Notes under the pieces: model-generated
What the model was told of the DNA's origin: nothing
The model's database searches: none
Seen by the model: only the letters and a program-made list of their open reading frames with translations
Virus record (IMG/VR): IMGVR_UViG_3300031965_000074
Coordinates: 1-40,740 of that record
Source: a virus
Lineage: Duplodnaviria; Caudoviricetes
DNA length: 40,740 nt
Direction: 5' to 3' (one strand)
Program-made: the position numbers and the translations under genes
Shown here: positions 34,386 through 40,740 of the stretch, piece by piece
Layout of the letters: each line of letters starts with the position of its first letter
Numbering within the stretch: the stretch's first letter is position 1

Positions 34386-36004
34386 TGGGCACTTTTACCG
34401 ACGCGCTGTTTAGCCACCTGGGGCAGCGGTATGCCTCCGTGGACGAGTCGTCGGTCGAGGACACGGCGTGCGCTGATGCCATGGTGGCCAGCCTAACGCC
34501 GTATCAGCAGTACGCCTGGCGGGACCCGTGCCAGCAGCTGGCCGTTATCTGCCCCCGGCGCGCGGGTAAGTCGCACCTGGCCATGGTCATGGCGTTCGAC
34601 AAGTGCCTGCGCAAGACTAATGCGCGGGTGGTCGTCGTTACGCTCACGCTGAAGCACGCGAAGAACATCTACTGGTACGACATGCACGCCTTTGCCGACA
34701 AGTTCGGCATCCAGGGAGCGCGGTTCTACCAGAACGAGCTACGGATTATCTTCCGCAACGGCTCGCAGCTGATGCTCATCGGCGCCGAGTCGCGGGCCGA
34801 AATTGAGAAGCTGCGCGGTGGCCAGTACGACCTGGTCGTCGTGGACGAGTGCAAGTCGTACCCGGATTATATCCTGTCGGAGCTAATCTACGAGGTTATC
34901 TTTCCGGCGCTAGCAGACCGCAGCGGCCGGATTATGCTAATTGGCACGCCCGGCAGCGTACTGCGGGGGCTATTCTTCGAGACCACGTACCCGGGCTGGA
35001 CCAGCGAGGACACTGGCCGGCCGCGTAGTCGTAGCTTCCACAAGCCCGAGCAGTTCTGGCTGGATAACCCCGACAACAATACGTACTGGTCGCGGCACAG
35101 CTGGACCGTCCAGGATAACGTGGCTATGCCGCACCTGTGGGACGAGATGCTCAAGCGCAAGGAACTCGCGGGTTGGGCCGACGACGAGCCCATCTGGCTG
35201 CGCGAGGCCCTCGGCATGTGGGTCGCGTCCGACAACGCTTTCGTGTACGCTTACCCGAACCTGGCTGGCGACCAGGCGACCCGGCAGCAGCTGCACTGGC
35301 ACCCGAACTTCAAGACCGGTAATCAGTTTGGCCTGCCAGTCGGCGAGCGCTGGCGCTACCTGCTCGGCGTGGACCTCGGTTACCGGGACCACACGGCCCT
35401 GGCAGTCGGCGCGTATAACCCGCACGACGGCGTGCTACACCATGTCTGGGAGCACAGCGAGGCCGGCATGGACACTTACCGGGTCATCGACCTCATCCTT
35501 GAGGCTAACGAGCGCTTCGGCGGCTTCGGGGCCATCGTGATGGACGTGTCGGCCGGCGGCAAGCAGCTAATCGAGACGCTGAACAAGCATCACGGGCTGA
35601 GCATCAAGGACGCCGAGAAGCAGCACAAGTTTGACTTCATCGAGCTACAAAACGCCGACACGCGGGCGGGCCGGATTAAGTACATGGCCAACAGCGAGCT
35701 GACGCAGCAAATGTCGCTGCTACAGTACGACCTCAGCCGCGGCCAGGAGTTCAGCAACGTCGCGCGCAAGGGCAAGCTGGCCGAGAACCCGTCGCAGGCT
35801 AACGACCTGTGTGACGCCTGGCTGTACCTGTGGCGGTATAGCTATCATCACTGGCAGTCTAGCCGCATCGCCGTGGTCGAGCCCGGTTCGCCCGAGCACT
35901 GGGCCCAGGTGAGGCGCAACGACATCGAGAGCTTGCTCCGACAGCGGCGGCAAGCGCAGACTGGCAACCCGAACGACCCGCTCCGAGATAGGTACCTGTC
36001 ATGA
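34385..36004 (+). CDS. terL: Terminase large subunit
   Basis: Walker A PRRAGKS, LRGG, Walker B VVVDE, coupling motif GTP, nuclease GVDLG...D and DLCDA. Confidence 0.93.
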   Translation: MGTFTDALFSHLGQRYASVDESSVEDTACADAMVASLTPYQQYAWRDPCQQLAVICPRRAGKSHLAMVMAFDKCLRKTNARVVVVTLTLKHAKNIYWYDMHAFADKFGIQGARFYQNELRIIFRNGSQLMLIGAESRAEIEKLRGGQYDLVVVDECKSYPDYILSELIYEVIFPALADRSGRIMLIGTPGSVLRGLFFETTYPGWTSEDTGRPRSRSFHKPEQFWLDNPDNNTYWSRHSWTVQDNVAMPHLWDEMLKRKELAGWADDEPIWLREALGMWVASDNAFVYAYPNLAGDQATRQQLHWHPNFKTGNQFGLPVGERWRYLLGVDLGYRDHTALAVGAYNPHDGVLHHVWEHSEAGMDTYRVIDLILEANERFGGFGAIVMDVSAGGKQLIETLNKHHGLSIKDAEKQHKFDFIELQNADTRAGRIKYMANSELTQQMSLLQYDLSRGQEFSNVARKGKLAENPSQANDLCDAWLYLWRYSYHHWQSSRIAVVEPGSPEHWAQVRRNDIESLLRQRRQAQTGNPNDPLRDRYLS

Positions 36005-36228
36005 CTCTAGACGAACTGCGGCAACTGGCTACTGTGCTCCGTGAACTCGGGGTGCACAGCTACAAGTGCGGCGACGTAGAGCTACAGCTGGGTCCAGCCG
36101 TGGCAGTCGTCGCGGCGGCGACCAAGCGCGAACCGGCCCGGCCCGAGATGGACCCCACGCTGCAAAAGCAGCTACAGCGGCTGCCGGCGGCTTACCGCGA
36201 CCCTACTTTTTGGAACCACGGGCAGTAA
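36001..36228 (+). CDS. Small hypothetical protein between TerL and portal
   Basis: ATGA coupling. Confidence 0.6.
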   Translation: MTLDELRQLATVLRELGVHSYKCGDVELQLGPAVAVVAAATKREPARPEMDPTLQKQLQRLPAAYRDPTFWNHGQ

Positions 36229-36231
36229 CGC

Positions 36232-38178
36232 ATGCGAGAATACGGCGAATACGGCTGGTGGGAATCCGACGCGGAGCAGACTGTTCATGACAGGCTGTTC
36301 ACGCACGTGCGCGCAATCGAGGAAGAACAGCTGGACCAGCATTTGCAGAACATGCTGAATGCCCGGTTGTACGCTAACCGCGAGCCCATGCTGTTCGAGT
36401 GGAACCAGGATATTCAGCTGAATTTCCGCCCGCTGTCGGACAATACGGACAATGTCATCCAGTCCGTGGCGGACACGTTGAAGAACCGCCTGACCATGGA
36501 ATGGCCCCGGCCGTCGATTATCACGCGCGGCTCGGACTTCGGCATGTACCAGCGCGGGCGCAAGTTGGACCGCTTCGTGTGGGCCGACTTTACGCACCTG
36601 GGCGTCTATGACAAGCTGCCGCGGCTGGTGCTGGATAGCATCATCTACGGCGGCTGCTTCATGAAGATGGGCATCGATAGCGACGAGGTCTACGCCGAGC
36701 GCGTGCATCCCGACGAGATTATCGTGGACCAGCGCGAGTGCGTCAGCAATGAGCATCCGTATAGCATGTACCAGCGCAAGCTAGTCAGCCGGCAGTGGCT
36801 GATGGCGCAGTACAAGGGCAACACCAAGGCGCAGCAGGCCATCATGGAAGCCCAGCCGAAGGGTTTCCAGTACACGAGCTATCGCTGCGCCGACGAGGAC
36901 CAGGTTGTCCTAGTCGAGGGCTGGAAACGGCCTAGCCGACCGGGCGCGGGCGACGGCCGCCACGTGCTGTGTACCGAGAATTTTAGCTTCGTGGACGAGC
37001 CCTACACGAATGATGATTTTCCTATCGTCACCATGAAGTACAAAGAGCCCGAGACCGGTTACTACGGGCTGTCGCTGGTGTCGGACCTTATCGACTTTCA
37101 GGTCCGGCTGAGCGAGCTGAACGACCGCATTCGGCGTGGCATCGACCTGGTCTGTATTCCGCGTATGCTCTACGAGGAAGGCAGCGAGATTAACGTTACT
37201 ACGTTCGACAATATGCTAGCCCGCGGCTACCAGTACCGGGGCACCAAGCCCGAGGTGGTCAGCTGGAACGCCTTCGGACCCGAGGTGTACAACGAGCGGC
37301 AGCGTATCAAGGACGAGGCCTATGAGTTCGCCGGACTGAGCCAGGCCCTGGCGCAGGCTAAGCCGATGACGAACCAGATGCGCTTCGATAGCAGCCCGGC
37401 TATTCGCGAGCACAAGTCCACGCAGGACGAGCGCTATGTCGATAAGGTCCGGTCTATCGAGAAGTTCATTCTGGACATCGCGAAGAAGCTGATTAAGCTC
37501 TCGGCCGAGCTGTACAAGACCAAGGGTAAGTCCACCAAGGTGACCTACGCCTCGAAGTACATCGCTGAGGAAATCGACTGGGCCGACGTGGACATGGACG
37601 CCGACCGCTACGTGCTGCAAGTCTCGGCGACTAGCGTGCTGAACATGTCCGTCGCCGCCCGCCGTGACCGGCTAGAGACCTGGTACCAGGAAGGCAAGAT
37701 TTCCCTAGCGCAGTATCATGCGTACTCGGGGCAGCCCGACCTGGAGCGGCTGTCGGACATCATGTCGGCCGACGGCGACTTCATCGAGTGGTGCGTCCAG
37801 GAAATGTTCGAGGGGCGGAATGTCATCGCGACTCCGCTCGACCCGCTGGAGTACGGTTTCTCCACGGTGTGGAAAACCTACCTGCGCGTGCGCACCATGA
37901 AGGGCGTAAAGCCTGCTACGCTGAATGCGTTCAAGAACTGGCTAGTAGCCGCGAAAGAAATCATCGAGCCCTCGCAGCCGCCTGTGCAGCAGCCGCTCGA
38001 CCCACAAGGAGTAATGCCTAATGTCTCAGGAATCCCAGAACTCGCAAGTCCCGCCCTCGCAGGCCAGCCCGGAATCGGGCCAGCCGACCTCAGCGCCGCC
38101 CTCGCCGGAAACTCCCTCGCAGCAGGAAGCCCAGGCGGAATACCCCCAGGCGGAGGCTTCCCAGGAGCCGGAATTTAA
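36232..38178 (+). CDS. Portal protein
   Basis: 648 aa after TerL; DSIIYGGCFMK, FPIV..., YYGLSLV; Pro/Gln-rich tail typical of podovirus portals. Confidence 0.8.
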   Translation: MREYGEYGWWESDAEQTVHDRLFTHVRAIEEEQLDQHLQNMLNARLYANREPMLFEWNQDIQLNFRPLSDNTDNVIQSVADTLKNRLTMEWPRPSIITRGSDFGMYQRGRKLDRFVWADFTHLGVYDKLPRLVLDSIIYGGCFMKMGIDSDEVYAERVHPDEIIVDQRECVSNEHPYSMYQRKLVSRQWLMAQYKGNTKAQQAIMEAQPKGFQYTSYRCADEDQVVLVEGWKRPSRPGAGDGRHVLCTENFSFVDEPYTNDDFPIVTMKYKEPETGYYGLSLVSDLIDFQVRLSELNDRIRRGIDLVCIPRMLYEEGSEINVTTFDNMLARGYQYRGTKPEVVSWNAFGPEVYNERQRIKDEAYEFAGLSQALAQAKPMTNQMRFDSSPAIREHKSTQDERYVDKVRSIEKFILDIAKKLIKLSAELYKTKGKSTKVTYASKYIAEEIDWADVDMDADRYVLQVSATSVLNMSVAARRDRLETWYQEGKISLAQYHAYSGQPDLERLSDIMSADGDFIEWCVQEMFEGRNVIATPLDPLEYGFSTVWKTYLRVRTMKGVKPATLNAFKNWLVAAKEIIEPSQPPVQQPLDPQGVMPNVSGIPELASPALAGQPGIGPADLSAALAGNSLAAGSPGGIPPGGGFPGAGI

Positions 38179-39109
38179 CCTAGACGAGTTCCTGCAGGAG
38201 CGGTTCGGCGCTGAGTACGCAGTCGAGGAAGCCCAGCCCGCAGCTGAGGCGGCCGAACCAGCTGCCGCACCCGCTGAGCCCGCCGAGCCTAGCGTAGAGG
38301 TCACGGACCCCGCCCAGGAAAAGATGCTCCAGCGCGAAGCTGCTGCGCTACAGCGCGAAGAATACGCCCGCAGCGTCGAGGCCGACCTTCGCAGCGTTAC
38401 CAAGCAGCTGGACGACATTACGTCCAAAGAACGGCGTATGCGCGCCGACCCCGTAGCTTACATCCGGTCCATTGCCCCGGATTTGGACCTCCGGCAACTA
38501 TCCTACGCGGCCTGGTACGCCGCTGACGGAAAGGAGCCGCCGGCCGACATTCGTCTGCAACAGCAAGTAGCCGCAACCCGATATGAATTGGAAGATTTGC
38601 GCACGCAGACGGTCGGACAGAGCACCAGGCAGGCTGAGGCCGCTGCCGAGAATGCACGCCAGCAACAGGCACTGAACATGTTCGCCAACGAGGTCAGGAC
38701 TATTGTCGTTGACCCGGCGGCGAAATACCAACATGTTACCAAGCTGGCCAAAAAGTCCGCCGACAAAGCAGTCGAGCGGGCCATTGAGAAAGCACGTCAG
38801 ATTGCTATTCGCGATAACCGGGTTCCGACGGCTGCCGAAGTTGTGGCAGCTATCGACATGGACCTCGGCGAACTCGCGGAGGCGATGGGCCTGGCAGCTG
38901 AGCAGACCGCTCCGCCGCCGCCCGTCGCCGCTTCGGCGCCACAAGCTAGTACGCAGTCGCCGACTACACTGAGGAATAATCATTCTGGCGTTCAACCAAG
39001 CCGGACCGATGCGGACCCGTTCAGCGAAGATGCGCTGCGGCGACTGGCCTATGCCGAAGTTGGTGTAGACTACGACGACCCGAACGTCCGGCGACTTTAC
39101 GAGGACTAA
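38021..39109 (+). CDS. Capsid scaffolding protein
   Basis: AGGAG RBS; acidic P/E/A-rich N-terminus and coiled coil; lies between portal and MCP. Confidence 0.75.
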   Translation: MSQESQNSQVPPSQASPESGQPTSAPPSPETPSQQEAQAEYPQAEASQEPEFNLDEFLQERFGAEYAVEEAQPAAEAAEPAAAPAEPAEPSVEVTDPAQEKMLQREAAALQREEYARSVEADLRSVTKQLDDITSKERRMRADPVAYIRSIAPDLDLRQLSYAAWYAADGKEPPADIRLQQQVAATRYELEDLRTQTVGQSTRQAEAAAENARQQQALNMFANEVRTIVVDPAAKYQHVTKLAKKSADKAVERAIEKARQIAIRDNRVPTAAEVVAAIDMDLGELAEAMGLAAEQTAPPPPVAASAPQASTQSPTTLRNNHSGVQPSRTDADPFSEDALRRLAYAEVGVDYDDPNVRRLYED

Positions 39110-39116
39110 GTAACAA

Positions 39117-40382
39117 ATGGCTGAGATTACCCACGACTACGAAGGCGCAGATAGCGCTGACGTAATCGCGTATTACAAAAAGCGTTTCCCCCAGCGAGTC
39201 GTCAAGAGCCTCGTCGAGTACGAGACTCCGTTCTTCGCTGGCTGCAAAAAGCTGGACGACCTGGAAGGTATCCACACCGTTATTCCGATTGAGCTGGACA
39301 GCCCGCAAGGTATGTCTGCGCTGGTCGGAACCGCGATGGGCAACATGTCGACCAGCATCGCCCGGGCGTGGACCATCACGTCGGCGGACAACTACGGCGG
39401 CATCAAGCTGGATGGCAAGACCATGCTGGCTTCCCGGTCGGACAAGGGTGCGTTCTTCAAGGCTCGCGAGCGAGACTACAAGAACCTGATGCAGCAGATG
39501 GGCCAGCGCTTCGAGTACCAGTGCTGGAACGACAGCTCGGGCTCGGTGGGCGTGCTTAGCGCGGACCCGGGTACCGGCTCGACCTGGACGCTGACCAACC
39601 CGGACGACACCCTGTTGCTGCACGAGAACATGACGTTCCGCGTGTACGACGACGACGGTGCCGGTGCCCCGGATGATGCCGATGAGCGCGCTGGCGGACC
39701 GTACGTCATCGCCGGCATCGACGAGGACGCTGGTACGTTTACCACGACTGCTGTGGCTAACGCGGCTATCGAGGTGGGCGACCATATCGTCCGCGACGGC
39801 GACGTGTGGGACGCTTCGACTGGTGCGGCTGTTCTGGCGACCGGTATTCCCAAGTGGATTCCGGCTGCGGCTCCGACTGACACGCTGTTCGGCGTGGCGC
39901 GGACCAACTATCCGCAGAAGCTGGGCGGACACCGGGTCGCGTGGCAGGGCTCCATCGAGGAGACTGCTAAGAAGCTCGACGCCAAGATGCGTCGAGTGTC
40001 GCAAAAGGGCCGCGTCCTGTGGCTGTCGTTTGCGAACTACAACCGGCTGGACCTGGAACTCGGTGCTCGTGGCTACCGCGACGAGAACAAGAGCGAGGGT
40101 AACTTCGGTCGTATGCGTCTGCGGATGACTACGCCCGGCGGTGGTGTCGAGGTCCGGTGCAGTCCGTACTGCCCCGAGGATGCGATGTTCCTTCTGGACC
40201 CGGAGTCGTGGGAAGTCCACACCCTTGGACCGGCGCCGCACCTGGCGAAGGACGACGGCCTTAGCGCTCTGCGCGTGGGTAACGGGTCCTCGTCTGAGGA
40301 TGCCATCGAAATCCGCGTTCGTGCTTTCTGGCAGCTGGTCTGTGTCTGCCCGTATAGCAACGGCCGCGCGCCTATCGTGTAA
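39117..40382 (+). CDS. Major capsid protein
   Basis: 421 aa after scaffold; strongly biased codons; GIPKWI...LFGVAR; size and synteny. Confidence 0.8.
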   Translation: MAEITHDYEGADSADVIAYYKKRFPQRVVKSLVEYETPFFAGCKKLDDLEGIHTVIPIELDSPQGMSALVGTAMGNMSTSIARAWTITSADNYGGIKLDGKTMLASRSDKGAFFKARERDYKNLMQQMGQRFEYQCWNDSSGSVGVLSADPGTGSTWTLTNPDDTLLLHENMTFRVYDDDGAGAPDDADERAGGPYVIAGIDEDAGTFTTTAVANAAIEVGDHIVRDGDVWDASTGAAVLATGIPKWIPAAAPTDTLFGVARTNYPQKLGGHRVAWQGSIEETAKKLDAKMRRVSQKGRVLWLSFANYNRLDLELGARGYRDENKSEGNFGRMRLRMTTPGGGVEVRCSPYCPEDAMFLLDPESWEVHTLGPAPHLAKDDGLSALRVGNGSSSEDAIEIRVRAFWQLVCVCPYSNGRAPIV

Positions 40383-40391
40383 GGAGCAAGT

Positions 40392-40740
40392 ATGTCTTTT
40401 GCACCATATATGCTGATGTCGGCTGGACCGGAGGTCGTGTTTCACGTATTCCGGTTCCAGATTAACGGTACGAGTGACCCGGACTTCCAGATGCCTGCGG
40501 GCGCTGTGGTGGACGTGGTCCGTCAGGACGCCGGGGACTTCGATATTGAGTACAAGGAGAAGTTCCCTGTGCTCCTGGGCGTGATGGGTAGTGTCATGGA
40601 GGCAACTCCGGAGCACGACCTGCAAGTCAAGGCGGACCTGGCCGACTATGACGCGAGTACCGGCGTGCTATCGATTAGCATTGTCGGTGCTGACGGCACG
40701 CCTATTGACGAGGACCCGGCCGACGATGACTGGGTGTTCG
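40392..40740 (+). CDS. Virion protein after MCP (decoration/head fibre-like), 3'-truncated
   Basis: AAGGAG RBS; MSFAPYMLMSAGPEVVFHVFRFQING... open to the window edge. Confidence 0.55.
   Translation, partial: MSFAPYMLMSAGPEVVFHVFRFQINGTSDPDFQMPAGAVVDVVRQDAGDFDIEYKEKFPVLLGVMGSVMEATPEHDLQVKADLADYDASTGVLSISIVGADGTPIDEDPADDDWVF

Noticed and set aside
39021-40625. 534-aa antisense ORF over the major capsid gene
   Set aside because: Shadow frame produced by the strong codon bias of the MCP; no RBS or motifs
1-40740. Stop-codon reassignment suggested by abundant TAG/CTAG
   Set aside because: Genes are intact and densely packed under the standard code, TAG is used as a normal stop, and no suppressor tRNA was seen

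Overview
The window covers most of a high-GC, podovirus-like tailed phage genome. It is circularly permuted, starting inside a tail nozzle gene and ending just after the major capsid gene. The + strand carries packaging and head genes (32.9-40.7 kb: P-loop kinase-like, TerS candidate, GNAT, TerL, portal, scaffold, MCP) and tail, ejection and lysis genes (1-11.4 kb). The - strand carries an early/replication arm (31.7 to 11.9 kb). That arm encodes a T7 gp0.7-like kinase, an oligoribonuclease, an amidase endolysin, a PD-(D/E)XK nuclease, Sak4, an SSB-like protein, DnaB, RusA, HD and dNTP-diphosphohydrolase enzymes, a metallophosphoesterase and a family A DNA polymerase. Spanins and lipoboxes point to a Gram-negative host; Myxococcota-like is only an inference. 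I recognised no integrase, primase, RNA polymerase, tRNA or CRISPR array. Six features stand out: (1) one sigma70 promoter plus a ~40-nt G-rich leader repeated at the head of three operons; (2) seven small Cys-motif proteins in three families in the early arm; (3) a lysis cassette with two lipoprotein proteases instead of an adjacent endolysin; (4) a PolA with several substituted motif residues next to nucleotide hydrolases; (5) tandem sheared-GA/GNA-loop ssDNA hairpins upstream of the packaging genes; (6) near-total GATC avoidance. All calls come from motif reading, with no database searches.
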